From: a virus
Lineage: Duplodnaviria > Caudoviricetes
IMG/VR virus record: IMGVR_UViG_3300031555_010858
Span: 64,001 to 128,000 of that record
Length of the DNA: 64,000 nt
Strand: one strand, 5' to 3'
Each line of letters opens with the position of its first letter. The stretch's first letter is position 1. The position numbers and the translations under genes were made by a program. Below are positions 47,030-57,795 of the stretch, one piece after another. Below the pieces are notes generated by a model. The model saw nothing but the letters and a program-made list of their open reading frames with translations, made no database searches and was not told the origin of the DNA.

Positions 47030-47137
47030 ATGCAAGAAGCGATAGTTTGTGTAGTGTTAATAGGTTCATTAGTTTTAAGTTCATATTTATTAGAAAAAAT
47101 TTCTAATTATGTAAGTAAAAAGAATGATAAAAAATAA
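47030..47137 (+). CDS. Small membrane peptide (35 aa, not in ORF track)
   Basis: MQEAIVCVVLIGSLVLSSYLLEKISNYVSKKNDKK, filling the gap between two genes. Confidence 0.5.
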   Translation: MQEAIVCVVLIGSLVLSSYLLEKISNYVSKKNDKK

Positions 47138-47160
47138 TTAAATTATTAGGAGGTAATAAT

Positions 47161-47991
47161 ATGAATAAAGCAGATGTAGCTTATAAAAAAATTTTAACTG
47201 AAGTAATTGAAAATGGTATTATAGATAAGGACCCAAGACCTTATTGGTTAGAAGAAGATGGAACTCATACACCAGCTCATAGTATATTTACAACTCAGTA
47301 TGTTGAGACATTTGATATATCTAAAGGAGAATTCCCAATAACAACAATTAAACCAACTGCTTGGAAAACTGGAATTAGAGAGATGTTATGGATTTATCAA
47401 GAAGCATCTAATGATTTAAAAGTTGCGAGAGAAAAGTTTGGTATAATGTGGTGGGATAGTTGGGATATAGGTGACGGAACAATTGGTTCAACATATGGAG
47501 CAATAGTTAAGAAATATGATTTAATGGGAACATTATTAAAAGGAATTCAAGAGAATCCTTATGGTAGAAGACATATAATGAGCTTATGGCAAGAAGAAGA
47601 ACTAAGAGGAGTTATAGGATTACCTCCTTGTGCTTTCCAAACGTTATGGACGGTAAGAGGTGAATTCTTAGATTGTACATTAGTTCAAAGAGCACAAGAT
47701 ATATTAGGAGCAAATAATATAAATAATGTTCAGTATGTAGCTTTAATGATGATGGTTGCTAAGCATTGTGGATTAAAACCAGGTAAGTTTACGCATTTCA
47801 TTCAAAATGTGCATATATATGATAGACATATGCCAATAGCAGCTGAAATATTAAATAGACCTGTTAGTGAAAAACAACCTAAATTAATATTTGAACCTAA
47901 ATCAAATAATTTTTATGATTTTACAATAGATGATTTTAAAGTAGTTGATTATGAACCACAAGCTAAAATATTTATACCAATAGCTATATAG
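47161..47991 (+). CDS. thyA: Thymidylate synthase
   Basis: EMLWI, GSTYG, RRHIMSLW, catalytic LPPCAF, QRAQD, NNVQY, HIYDRH. Confidence 0.93.
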   Translation: MNKADVAYKKILTEVIENGIIDKDPRPYWLEEDGTHTPAHSIFTTQYVETFDISKGEFPITTIKPTAWKTGIREMLWIYQEASNDLKVAREKFGIMWWDSWDIGDGTIGSTYGAIVKKYDLMGTLLKGIQENPYGRRHIMSLWQEEELRGVIGLPPCAFQTLWTVRGEFLDCTLVQRAQDILGANNINNVQYVALMMMVAKHCGLKPGKFTHFIQNVHIYDRHMPIAAEILNRPVSEKQPKLIFEPKSNNFYDFTIDDFKVVDYEPQAKIFIPIAI

Positions 47992-48003
47992 GAGGACATA
48001 TAA

Positions 48004-48510
48004 ATGATTAAAATGATTTTTTGTTCTGATATTATGGGTGCTATAGGATTTAATAATGATTTATTATATAATATAAAAGAAGATATGAAATTTTTTAAAG
48101 GTATGACGATGTATCACAAAGTTGTAATGGGATATAATACATGGGTTTCTTTACCAAAGAAACCCCTTCCTAATAGAGTTAATTATATCTTATGTGATGG
48201 CGAATGTGATATTGAAGAAACTGAAAATGTTAAAGTTTTAAGTAATTTAGAACAAGTAATCGAACTTGGAAAGAATGATGATATATTTATAATCGGTGGG
48301 GCTCAGTTATATAATTCCATAATCGATAGTGGAATGTTAGATGAAGCTTATGTAACAATGGTTATAGATAAACATTATTCTGCTGATAGATACGTTCATA
48401 TATTTAAATTAGCTGAAGTTTTACCTAAAAGAGAATATATTAGAACGATTAAATTTAAACATTATAATAGCATTATATTGGATGCACATATTTATAAATA
48501 TTCAAAATAA
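48004..48510 (+). CDS. folA: Dihydrofolate reductase
   Basis: AIGFNNDL, EDMKFFK, VVMGYNTW.SLPKKPLPNRVN, FIIGGAQLY; adjacent to thyA. Confidence 0.92.
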   Translation: MIKMIFCSDIMGAIGFNNDLLYNIKEDMKFFKGMTMYHKVVMGYNTWVSLPKKPLPNRVNYILCDGECDIEETENVKVLSNLEQVIELGKNDDIFIIGGAQLYNSIIDSGMLDEAYVTMVIDKHYSADRYVHIFKLAEVLPKREYIRTIKFKHYNSIILDAHIYKYSK

Positions 48511-48549
48511 AATATATACGTATAGGAATTATCCTATACGTATATATTT
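48510..48549. terminator. Bidirectional terminator at the strand switch
   Basis: AAATATATACGTATAGGA/TCCTATACGTATATATTT. Confidence 0.8.
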
Positions 48550-48880
48550 ATTCTTTTTTCTCAGGTTCTTTAGGTTGTTCTTCAACCTTTTCATGTTCAT
48601 CACAATCATCAAATATACATTTTAAACATAACACATGATTACTATCATTTATACCAGGGCTACTAGTATCTACAACAGTATTAAATAATGATACAGCAAC
48701 TATGCTTAAGCAATATGGATTGCTTACAGCAGAAACTATAACTTGGAAAAATGTTCCCCATGTAGTAACATCAGACCAGTTGATTCCTAAATATGCTAAA
48801 ACTGGTACAAATACAGATAATATTAATTGAATATAAAACATAGGATTTTGTTTTCTTATAGTCCAGTTTATTTTTGGCAT
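48548..48880 (-). CDS. Holin, phiLC3-like family
   Basis: KINWTIRKQNPMF, two hydrophobic helices, VVDTSSPGINDS (cf. DPTT.G..DS); promoter at 48913-48924(-). Confidence 0.8.
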   Translation of the reverse strand: MPKINWTIRKQNPMFYIQLILSVFVPVLAYLGINWSDVTTWGTFFQVIVSAVSNPYCLSIVAVSLFNTVVDTSSPGINDSNHVLCLKCIFDDCDEHEKVEEQPKEPEKKE

Positions 48881-48973
48881 TTATACATCTACCACCTTTT
48901 TATTATATTTATTATATCATTGTTTTGATGACAAAAAAGTAGATAGAGAATATTCTCTATCTACTTAATTTTA

Positions 48974-51676
48974 TTATTCAGCATCTAATCCAGCTATTAT
49001 TGCATCTATTTCATCATCAGTAACAAAAGGTATTTCTTGTTCTCTTATTACTAAAACATCGTCTCCTTGTATTCCACCTAAAGCTATTCTTAACATACCA
49101 TCTTCAGTTATTTCAGCTACTAATGATTGTATAACAGCAGCCATTTCACCTTTTATAGTAGCATGTAAGTCAGCATCAGCTTGAGCAAAGTCAGCTCTTA
49201 TATCAGCTTCTTCAGCTTTAGCTCTATCAGCTTCAACTTTTATAGCAGCATTTCTGTCTTCAACTTCTTTAGCTATAGCATCAGATAATTCTCCTCTTAT
49301 AGCAGCTTCTTGACCTTCAGCTCTTTGTTGTTCAGCTAGAACAGCAGCTCCTCTATCTTCTACTTCTTTGTTTATAGCAGCAAGTAATTCTCCTTCTTTA
49401 CCTTCTGCTCTTCCTTTTTCAGCTTCTACTAAACCAACTATACGTTTTTCTTCAGCGTCAGCTCTTTGTGCTTCAGCATCAACTTTACCTTCTATTCTAG
49501 CTTCTTCAGCAACTCTTAAAGCAGATTCAGCAGCTATATCATCAGCTATTTTTTTGTTAACTCTAGCAGCTTCATCTTCCATAGCTTTATTTATAGCTTG
49601 ATGAGCTTGTTCTGCAGCTTCGTTCATAGCTTGATGTTGTTCTGCCATTTCTCCTCTTATTTCAGCAGCTTCATCTTCTAAAGCTTTTTCTATTCTAGCT
49701 TCTTCAGCAACTCTTAAAGCAGATTCAGCAGCTATATCATCAGCTATTTTTTGGTTAACTCTTTGTGCTTCAGCAGCCATTTCTTGTCTTATAGCAGCTT
49801 CCACACCTTCAGCTCTACCTTTTTCAACTTTTATTTGGTTAGCTAAAGTACCTTCTTGTTCAGCATCTTTTTGTTTAGCTAATTCATCAGCAACAACTTT
49901 AACATCATCATCTATTTCTTTTTGTAAGTCAGCTTTTAAGTTGTTCATTGCTGTATTATGTTCTTCTACATATGCATCGTAAATACCTTTATTATCATTT
50001 ATAGCTTTTGCTAATTCATTTAAAGTATTCATTGCATCTGGAGCAGAGTCAACTAAATCAGCTATTTTTTGTTCTGCATGAGCTTTAGCATCTGCTAATA
50101 CTTGAGCATCTGCAGCTGCAAAGTCTTCTCTTATTTTAGCTTCTTCAGCTTTCATTTCAACTATATCATCTTCATTAGCTTTAACTCTAGCTTCTAAAGC
50201 TTCAGCATCTGCATTTATAGCATCTACTGCATCTTTTATTTGTTTCTTAACAGAACCTTCAACATCAACAGCTCCGTCTAATCTAGCTACATCTTCTTCT
50301 AAAGCTTCTGCTCTTCCTTCTAAAGCTAAAGCTCTACCTTCAACTAAGTCAACTTCAGATTGAGCTTGATCAGCAGCAGCTTGAGCAGCTTCTATAGCAG
50401 CTTGTTTAACTGGAGCATCGTCTTCTAAAGCTTTTATTCTTCTATCTTGTTCTGCATCTACACCTGGTTGTGCAGCAACGTGAGCTTCAAGAGGTTTAAC
50501 TCTTTCATCTAATGCTTTGTCTGCATCTTCTCTTAATTTAGCTTCAGCAGCAACGTCAGCATCTATTTCACCTTGTAATTCTTGTTTTAAAGCAGCTAAA
50601 TCTTTTCCAACTTGTTCAGCAGCTGCTTCCATTTCTTGATCATGTTTATCAGATAAATCTTGAACTGCTTTACCTCTATCTTCAACTTCTTTAGCTAAAT
50701 CTTGAGTTAATTTTAATTCAGCAGCTCTAGCAGCTTCTGCTTCAGCTTCTACTAAACCAACTATACGTTTTTCTTCAGCGTCAGCTCTTTGTGCTTCAGC
50801 ATCAACTTTTCCTTCTATTCTTTGTTCTTCAGCAACTCTTAAAGCAGATTCAGCAGCTATATCGTCAGCTATTTTTTTATCTACTCTTTGAGCTTCAACA
50901 CCCATTTCTTGTCTTATAGCAGCTTCTTGTCCTTCAGCTCTTTCTTTTTCTCCAGCTACAGCATTTTGCATAGCTTGGTTCATTTCTTGATGAGCTTGAG
51001 CCATAGCTTGGTTCATAGCTTTATGAGCATCTTCTATTTCTTTTCTTAATCCAGATGCTTCTTTACCTTCTACACCTTCACCAGCTTCAACAGTGTAATT
51101 ACCTAATTCAGCAGCCATTTCTCCTCTTATTTCAGCAGCTTCATCAGCTAATTCTTGTCTTATAGCAGCTTCTTGTCCTTCAGCTCTACCTTTTTCATCA
51201 AGTATATCTTGTTCTAATTCTGCTTTAGCATTGTCTAAAGCTAAATGTAATCCAGTAGCAGGTTCTTCACCTTCAACAGGTTTTCCTACTAATCCTTGTA
51301 ATCCATCTATATCAGATTCATTTTGAGCTATTCTAGCTTCTATTTCTCCACCTTGAGCTAAATCTTCTTCAACAGCTTTTAATCTGTCATCTACATCTTG
51401 GATAGCACCATCGAACGATTCATCGAAATCAGCTTGGTTAAATCCAAATTCTTTCCATACTAATTGCCCTTCTTCTTCACCTTTTACTAATTGGTAAGTC
51501 ATGTTAGCTTCTGCAACATAAACTAACATCCCTTCGTATGCTCTGTTATTTGTTACATGAGCATCCCTTTCTGCTATCGTATTAACAGCAACCCTCGCAT
51601 CAAGAGGTTTTTGGGCTCCAAGGTCAAAACCAGCGGCAACCCCTATACCTTTACCGAATTGATTATCTAAAGCCAT
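48974..51676 (-). CDS. Long coiled-coil fibre protein with internal duplications
   Basis: A/E-rich heptads; repeated KKIADDIAAESALRVAEE; SAPDAMNTLNELAKAI fibre motif; N-terminal PLDAR module. Confidence 0.7.
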   Translation of the reverse strand: MALDNQFGKGIGVAAGFDLGAQKPLDARVAVNTIAERDAHVTNNRAYEGMLVYVAEANMTYQLVKGEEEGQLVWKEFGFNQADFDESFDGAIQDVDDRLKAVEEDLAQGGEIEARIAQNESDIDGLQGLVGKPVEGEEPATGLHLALDNAKAELEQDILDEKGRAEGQEAAIRQELADEAAEIRGEMAAELGNYTVEAGEGVEGKEASGLRKEIEDAHKAMNQAMAQAHQEMNQAMQNAVAGEKERAEGQEAAIRQEMGVEAQRVDKKIADDIAAESALRVAEEQRIEGKVDAEAQRADAEEKRIVGLVEAEAEAARAAELKLTQDLAKEVEDRGKAVQDLSDKHDQEMEAAAEQVGKDLAALKQELQGEIDADVAAEAKLREDADKALDERVKPLEAHVAAQPGVDAEQDRRIKALEDDAPVKQAAIEAAQAAADQAQSEVDLVEGRALALEGRAEALEEDVARLDGAVDVEGSVKKQIKDAVDAINADAEALEARVKANEDDIVEMKAEEAKIREDFAAADAQVLADAKAHAEQKIADLVDSAPDAMNTLNELAKAINDNKGIYDAYVEEHNTAMNNLKADLQKEIDDDVKVVADELAKQKDAEQEGTLANQIKVEKGRAEGVEAAIRQEMAAEAQRVNQKIADDIAAESALRVAEEARIEKALEDEAAEIRGEMAEQHQAMNEAAEQAHQAINKAMEDEAARVNKKIADDIAAESALRVAEEARIEGKVDAEAQRADAEEKRIVGLVEAEKGRAEGKEGELLAAINKEVEDRGAAVLAEQQRAEGQEAAIRGELSDAIAKEVEDRNAAIKVEADRAKAEEADIRADFAQADADLHATIKGEMAAVIQSLVAEITEDGMLRIALGGIQGDDVLVIREQEIPFVTDDEIDAIIAGLDAE

Positions 51677-51710
51677 CTTTTTTCACTCCTTTACCTATTT
51701 ATTATTTATA

Positions 51711-52622
51711 TTAATATTTGAATGTATATTTAAATCCAGAACCAGTGAATGCTCCACTTACGTATACGTAGTAAGCAACATCTTTACCATCTAATCCATT
51801 TACAGTTACTTCATGTCTTGTAAATGCAGCTATATTTTCGAACGCATTAGGGTCTAATGCAGATTTTAATACACCATGTGCTTTAGGGAAAGCTATTACT
51901 GCACATTGGTTATTTGTAGTATATGAATAAGCTTTTTGTCCTTTACCAGAAACATCTTTAGTTAATCCTTCAACTAAAGCTTCATCTACAGCAGCTCCTG
52001 CTTCACATACTCCATAGTAATAAGGATAAACGAAAGAGAATGCTCCAGTTGAACCTTCAACAGATGCACCAGTTTCATCGTATGCCTTAACTTTTAATTG
52101 AACGTTAACAGAATTAACAGCAACACTTAATCCAGAGAAAGTGAAAGTACCACCATTAGCAACTTCGTCACCTTCTTTAACAGCTAATACATTTGTTCCT
52201 TGTAATAATTCTACTTTAGTTATTTTTTTAGATTTTTTAGTAACTGTAGCTTGAACTGCAGTTATAGTTTGGTTATTACCATGTTCGAAAGTACCACCAT
52301 TAGGTGTTCCTTTAACATTAGATATAGTTTGTTTTACATAAGGGAATAATAACATGTCAAGTATTTCAGTAACAGATTTTCCATCTAAACTTGTACCTGC
52401 AGCTATTCCTCCTAAAGCATTAACAGTAGTTATACCGTTTTCGAATGTTACAGCTTCGTCTATAGCAGCTTCTCTATCTTCTACTTCTTGTGCTATAGCA
52501 GCTTCTCTATCTTCTACTTCTTGTGCGATAGCTTCTGCGTTAGCTGCGTCTCCTGCTTTTGATCTATCATCAAGAGCTTTAGCTAATTTCGCAAGTCTAT
52601 CTTTATCTACTAATTTAGACAT
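51711..52622 (-). CDS. Putative fibre-associated virion protein (Ig-like C-terminus)
   Basis: AIAQEVEDREA repeats, EILDMLLFPY, YPYYYG; promoter at 52697-52708(-). Confidence 0.6.
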   Translation of the reverse strand: MSKLVDKDRLAKLAKALDDRSKAGDAANAEAIAQEVEDREAAIAQEVEDREAAIDEAVTFENGITTVNALGGIAAGTSLDGKSVTEILDMLLFPYVKQTISNVKGTPNGGTFEHGNNQTITAVQATVTKKSKKITKVELLQGTNVLAVKEGDEVANGGTFTFSGLSVAVNSVNVQLKVKAYDETGASVEGSTGAFSFVYPYYYGVCEAGAAVDEALVEGLTKDVSGKGQKAYSYTTNNQCAVIAFPKAHGVLKSALDPNAFENIAAFTRHEVTVNGLDGKDVAYYVYVSGAFTGSGFKYTFKY

Positions 52623-52719
52623 TTATAATACACTCCTTTTTTAATTAGATTTTTATTAATAAGTTGGGCTTATAAAAATAAGCCCAAATTTACCTTTACT
52701 GTATTGTTCTTATAAGACA

Positions 52720-53439
52720 TTAAATATCTAAAGAGTTGATTATATTATCTATATCACTATCATTAGTTATAGGTATAACAGATAATTCATCATCCTCTAA
52801 TGATTTTAATATTAATTCATTTTCTTCTATCACCAATTCATCTGCTATTTTAGGTACATTTACAAGTTGATCCCAATCTTTTGGTTGTTTTATATCATCA
52901 AGAATATGATCTATTGCTTCACCTATACTGTTTAATTGTTTAAAATCTCTATTAGCGTAAGAAACATCATATGCTCCAACTTCCACAGTAAGTGAATCTA
53001 TAGATACTGGTTTAACTTCAGGAACTCCTTCTGTATTTATTACTACTGAAAGTAATTTATCTTTATCTGCTGGATCTAATTGTAATAGCTTATCTTGAAG
53101 TTTACCTTCCAACATAGCTTTGATACCCTCTATGATAGTTTCTTCACCCATCAATTGTTGAGTTTCTTCCCACTCTTCTTTATTAGCAGTACCATTAGTA
53201 TCCATAAGAACACTATTAACTTTTGTTATCATATTTATAACTGCTTCATTTAATACGTCAACTTCAGCAGCCAATTTATTTATAGCATTGACTATTTTAG
53301 TATCATTACCTTTAAAGTATTCAGGATTCAATCCTTTATTTAATGCTGGAATTGATTTAAATATCATTTCAGCATTTTCTGCTGTTTTAGTAGTCAATAC
53401 GTTAATTTGTTGAAGTATAGCTTCTTCGGAAAGTGCCAT
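52720..53439 (-). CDS. Putative fibre-associated protein
   Basis: TKIVNAINKL fibre motif, WDQLVNVP, C-terminal ITNDSDIDNII. Confidence 0.55.
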   Translation of the reverse strand: MALSEEAILQQINVLTTKTAENAEMIFKSIPALNKGLNPEYFKGNDTKIVNAINKLAAEVDVLNEAVINMITKVNSVLMDTNGTANKEEWEETQQLMGEETIIEGIKAMLEGKLQDKLLQLDPADKDKLLSVVINTEGVPEVKPVSIDSLTVEVGAYDVSYANRDFKQLNSIGEAIDHILDDIKQPKDWDQLVNVPKIADELVIEENELILKSLEDDELSVIPITNDSDIDNIINSLDI

Positions 53440-53476
53440 TCAATTTCACCTCTTTCTTATGTGATTTTAATTTATA

Positions 53477-56400
53477 TTAATGCTTAACTTTTAAAATTAC
53501 AAATACCATATTAGATGTTGACATTCCATTTAATATTATTTGTTCTCCATCAAAAGTCCAAGTCCAGTTTGCTTTAGGTACAGCATCCCAGTTTTCTAAA
53601 CCTTCTCCTTTTACTTGTACTAAACTTCCATCATATGGTATTAATGCATCATATCTGTTTAAAGCCTTGTGGTCTTCAACTAATCTTAAAGCATAAAGTC
53701 TGTAGTTATCTTTTTCTATGAATTGAGTCCACCAAGCCTCATATTCTGCATTAGTAATATTACCGTTGTTATATTCTTCTTCAACGAAATCCATTTCTTC
53801 AAAAAGTTTAGGAGCCGTTTCACGATCGAATACATACATTCCAGGAACAGATTGTTTTATTTCATGTATCCATTCATAGTCTATACCATATTTCATATCT
53901 CGTAATTCTTGTTTAGCCATTGCTAATTCCTCCTTAAGAGCTTGAATTTGTTTTATAAGGTCACTATCATCAATAGTTTCGTCTACTTTTTCAAGCATTT
54001 GAATATTTCCGATAACAACGTTAGTTTTAGCTATAATACCATGAACATCAACATCTCCATCAACACCGTTATTTGTACCTTTATTGAATCTGTTAATAGT
54101 ACCTCCATTTAATACTACTTCACAATCTTCTATAATACCGTTAACCGATTTATCTTCAGTTTCTCCTCCACAGTAGAATCCTTGTACTAAACCGTCATTT
54201 AATATAATTTTAGCATTATTTACTATACCTCTGTTTGTAGTTTGAACACAAGTATATTTTCCTCCGTTTATTTCTACTACTGCATTTCTAGAACATCCAT
54301 TAGAACCTCCAGCAGTCAACCAACCTACTTCACAATTAATTAATTTTATATTAATTGTATCAGCAATACCGAATCCTTGAGAACCACCGAATAATAATGA
54401 ACAACCAGTCATATTTTCAGCTTTTATTATAACATCGTGAACTACATTCACTCTAGCTGGTTTTCCATTTACTGACGCACCACACCAACCAGCACCGATT
54501 ATTTGTTTCATAACACAATCTTTAATATCTATTTCAGCATTTCCAACTATACCTTCAAAGTAGCTACCACCACAAATACCTTTGATATTAACTCCTCTAG
54601 CAACCACTTTAGTAGCTGGTAAACTTCTCTTAATATTAACATTATTTGGTCCGTATCCTCCGAATACCATTAATTTACCAGCATCTGCTGCAGGTACATT
54701 TATATACTCTAATCGTTCATTCCACATATAACTACAGATTATTTCATCTTCAGGTAATTCCGCACTATATTTATGGTCTTTATTTACATTAACGTACATA
54801 GGTATACCACATGCAAATAAGAATTTACTAGTTGGATATGCATCTATATCCATTAAGTAAGGTTTTTCTTCATCTATTAAAGCTCTTAATTCCGAATCAT
54901 CATAGCTTATTTGTTCTATATCTTCTTTAGTGAAATAGTCTACACCTTTAACAGGAGTATATCCAGCTTCACCTTGAGGTCCAACTTCTCCTTGTATACC
55001 CTGTTCACCTTGAGGTCCAACTTCACCTTGTGGTCCTTGTGGTCCAACAGGTCCTTGTTCACCTTGAGGTCCTTGAAGACCTTGTTCACCTTGATCTCCT
55101 TTAGGTCCTTGTGGTCCTACTATTTTACCAAGATCAACAAATGAATCCGTTCCATTAAATACTATTAAATGACCATTATCTTCTATAACATAACAATCTC
55201 CTGCTTGTTCACCAACTATATCTTTTATATCTGCTTCAGTAGGTATAACACCTATTATATGTATAGAAGTACCATCAGCACCTCTTTCACCTTGTGGTCC
55301 TTGAGGTCCTTGTTCACCTTGTGGTCCAACTTCTCCTTGAGGTCCTTGTGGTCCAGCAGGTCCTTGTTCTCCTCTTTCACCTTGTGGTCCTTGAGGTCCA
55401 ACTTCACCTTGTGGTCCTTGTTCTCCTCTTTCACCTTGTGGTCCTTGAGGTCCAACTTCTCCTTGATCTCCTTTTTCACCTTGAAGTCCTTGTTCTCCTC
55501 TTTCACCTTGTGGTCCTTGAGGTCCAACTTCTCCTTGATCTCCTTTTTCACCTTTTAAAGAAGCTACGAAATCTTCTACAGTTCCAGCTTCATTTCCTTC
55601 TAAAGTTTTCCAAGCCATATAAGCAGAGTGTCCTTGTGGTCCTTGTGGTCCTTGAGGTCCAACTTCTCCTTGTGGTCCTTGTTTTCCTTCTGGTCCTCTT
55701 TCACCTTGAGGTCCTTGTATACCTTGTTCACCTTGTGGTCCTATAGGTCCTTGTGGTCCAGTTTCTCCCATAGGTCCTTGTTCACCTTGTAAACCTTGAG
55801 GTCCTTGTGGTCCTATTTCACCTTGGATACCTTGAGGTCCTTGTGGTCCTTTTTCACCTTGGTCACCTTTATCTCCTTTTTCACCTTTAGGTCCTTGTTC
55901 ACCTTGTGGTCCTTGGTCTCCTTTTTCACCTGGTAATCCTTGTGGTCCTTGAACACCTTGTTCACCTTTTTCTCCAGGTATACCTTGTTCTCCTCTTTCA
56001 CCTTGAGGTCCTTGTTCTCCTTTTAAAGAAGCTATAAAATCTTCTACAGTTCCAGCTTCATTTCCTTCTAAAGTTTTCCAAGCCATATAAGCAGAGTGAC
56101 CTCTTTCACCTTGTGGTCCAACAGGTCCTTGTGGTCCCATAGGTCCTTCTGGTCCAGCAGGTCCTATTTCACCTTGTGGTCCTTGAACACCTTGTTCACC
56201 TTTTTCTCCCATAGGTCCTTGTATACCTTGAGGTCCTCTCATTGATTCTATAAATTCTTCTACAGTACCTTCTTCATTTCCTTCTATAGTTCTCCAAGCT
56301 TGATATGCAGAGAATCCTCTTTCACCTTGTATACCTTGAGGTCCTTGAGGTCCAACTGCTCCTTGAGGTCCTTGAGGTCCAGCAGGTCCTCTCATTGATT

Positions 56401-57682
56401 CCATATATTCTTCTACAGTTTTATTAGCATTTCCTTCTAATGTTTTCCATGCTTGATATGCAGAGAATCCTTGAGGTCCTTGTGGTCCCTGAGGTCCTTG
56501 TTCCCCTTGTGGACCTTGGTCTCCTTTTGGTCCTTTTATTTCACCAGCATCAACAAATTTATTTGGTTCAACGCAAACGTATAAGTGTCCGTTTGCTTTT
56601 ATGATGTAACCGTTACCAACTTCTTCATCAGCAAGGTTATCTAAATCACTAACAGCATCTAATACACCAACTATTTTAACAGAAGTACCATCAGCACCTC
56701 TTTCACCTTTTTCTCCTCTAGGTCCTTGTATACCTTGAGGTCCTTGTGGTCCCACTTCACCTTGTATACCTTGTACACCCTGAGGTCCTTGAGGTCCTAT
56801 TGGTCCAACTTCTCCTTGGTCCCCTTTTTCTCCTCTTACACCTTGTATACCTTGAGGTCCTTGAGGTCCCATAGGTCCTATTAGACCTTGTTCACCTTGA
56901 GGTCCTTGATCTCCTTTAGGTCCTCTTTCACCTTGAGGTCCTTGAAGACCTTGAGGTCCTTGTTCACCTTTAGGTCCAACTTCCCCTTGAGGTCCTTGTA
57001 TACCTTGGATACCTTGATCTCCTTTAGGTCCAACTGGTCCTTGAGGTCCTTCTGGTCCTTGTATACCTTGAGGTCCCATAGGTCCTATTGGTCCTTGAAG
57101 ACCTTGTTCACCTTCTGGTCCTGCTTTACCTTGAGGTCCTTGTGGTCCCATTTCACCTTGAGGTCCTTGTATACCTTGTTCACCTTGGTCCCCTTTATCA
57201 CCTTTTAAACCTTGAGGTCCTTCTGGTCCCATAGGTCCTTGTTCTCCTCTTGGTCCTTGTGGTCCAACAGGTCCGACTAAACCTTGTTCACCTTTAGGTC
57301 CTTGTATACCTTGTTCACCTTGTGGTCCAACTGGTCCCATAGGTCCTTGAGGTCCAACTAAGCCATCTAACCAATCTAATTCATTACCTTCATAACCATT
57401 TTCAACTGCTATATCAAATGCAGATTTTCCCATGGCTATTTCAGCATATTTATCTATTAACATTCCTTCTACTTTTATACCATTTATGACTTTTGATTTT
57501 AAAGAGTTTACTACATAGAATTTCTGTTCATCTTTAACATAGAACATCATACCGACATATGGTAATTCAATCGTTTCAACATCTGCGATTGTATCTATTC
57601 TTGATCTTGCGTCTATAGGTGTATCTTTACCAGAAGGCATTAAAGATCCACCGATTACGACGTTATTTCTTTTATCAGCCAT
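53477..57682 (-). CDS. Collagen-like triple-helix fibre protein
   Basis: Several long G-X-Y tracts (GPQGEQG) interrupted by [11 protein letters not shown] modules; C-terminal beta-helix-like GG repeats. Confidence 0.9.
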   Translation of the reverse strand: MADKRNNVVIGGSLMPSGKDTPIDARSRIDTIADVETIELPYVGMMFYVKDEQKFYVVNSLKSKVINGIKVEGMLIDKYAEIAMGKSAFDIAVENGYEGNELDWLDGLVGPQGPMGPVGPQGEQGIQGPKGEQGLVGPVGPQGPRGEQGPMGPEGPQGLKGDKGDQGEQGIQGPQGEMGPQGPQGKAGPEGEQGLQGPIGPMGPQGIQGPEGPQGPVGPKGDQGIQGIQGPQGEVGPKGEQGPQGLQGPQGERGPKGDQGPQGEQGLIGPMGPQGPQGIQGVRGEKGDQGEVGPIGPQGPQGVQGIQGEVGPQGPQGIQGPRGEKGERGADGTSVKIVGVLDAVSDLDNLADEEVGNGYIIKANGHLYVCVEPNKFVDAGEIKGPKGDQGPQGEQGPQGPQGPQGFSAYQAWKTLEGNANKTVEEYMESMRGPAGPQGPQGAVGPQGPQGIQGERGFSAYQAWRTIEGNEEGTVEEFIESMRGPQGIQGPMGEKGEQGVQGPQGEIGPAGPEGPMGPQGPVGPQGERGHSAYMAWKTLEGNEAGTVEDFIASLKGEQGPQGERGEQGIPGEKGEQGVQGPQGLPGEKGDQGPQGEQGPKGEKGDKGDQGEKGPQGPQGIQGEIGPQGPQGLQGEQGPMGETGPQGPIGPQGEQGIQGPQGERGPEGKQGPQGEVGPQGPQGPQGHSAYMAWKTLEGNEAGTVEDFVASLKGEKGDQGEVGPQGPQGERGEQGLQGEKGDQGEVGPQGPQGERGEQGPQGEVGPQGPQGERGEQGPAGPQGPQGEVGPQGEQGPQGPQGERGADGTSIHIIGVIPTEADIKDIVGEQAGDCYVIEDNGHLIVFNGTDSFVDLGKIVGPQGPKGDQGEQGLQGPQGEQGPVGPQGPQGEVGPQGEQGIQGEVGPQGEAGYTPVKGVDYFTKEDIEQISYDDSELRALIDEEKPYLMDIDAYPTSKFLFACGIPMYVNVNKDHKYSAELPEDEIICSYMWNERLEYINVPAADAGKLMVFGGYGPNNVNIKRSLPATKVVARGVNIKGICGGSYFEGIVGNAEIDIKDCVMKQIIGAGWCGASVNGKPARVNVVHDVIIKAENMTGCSLLFGGSQGFGIADTINIKLINCEVGWLTAGGSNGCSRNAVVEINGGKYTCVQTTNRGIVNNAKIILNDGLVQGFYCGGETEDKSVNGIIEDCEVVLNGGTINRFNKGTNNGVDGDVDVHGIIAKTNVVIGNIQMLEKVDETIDDSDLIKQIQALKEELAMAKQELRDMKYGIDYEWIHEIKQSVPGMYVFDRETAPKLFEEMDFVEEEYNNGNITNAEYEAWWTQFIEKDNYRLYALRLVEDHKALNRYDALIPYDGSLVQVKGEGLENWDAVPKANWTWTFDGEQIILNGMSTSNMVFVILKVKH

Positions 57683-57738
57683 GATTAATTTACACTCTCC
57701 TTTATTATTGAATATTTAATTTACAACATCACTTACAT

Positions 57739-57783
57739 AAAAAATCAAATACATAAGAGATGTTGTAATCTCTTATGTATTTG
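57739..57783 (-). terminator. Intrinsic terminator of the DUF285 gene
   Basis: 15-bp stem CAAATACATAAGAGA/TCTCTTATGTATTTG with a minus-strand U-tract. Confidence 0.75.
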
Positions 57784-57795
57784 TTTTTGTTAATT

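Noticed and set aside
47161-47991. ThyA homolog as a dCMP or dUMP hydroxymethylase
   Set aside because: The dUMP-specifying Asn is retained (NNVQY) and the adjacent DHFR fits canonical dTMP synthesis.
49415-50890. Near-identical DNA repeats suggesting a DGR template/variable pair
   Set aside because: All copies are in-frame coiled-coil duplications within one gene, and no reverse transcriptase is present in the window.
54911-57208. Multiple overlapping ORFs in the collagen region
   Set aside because: Artefacts of G-X-Y codon periodicity in alternative frames and strands.
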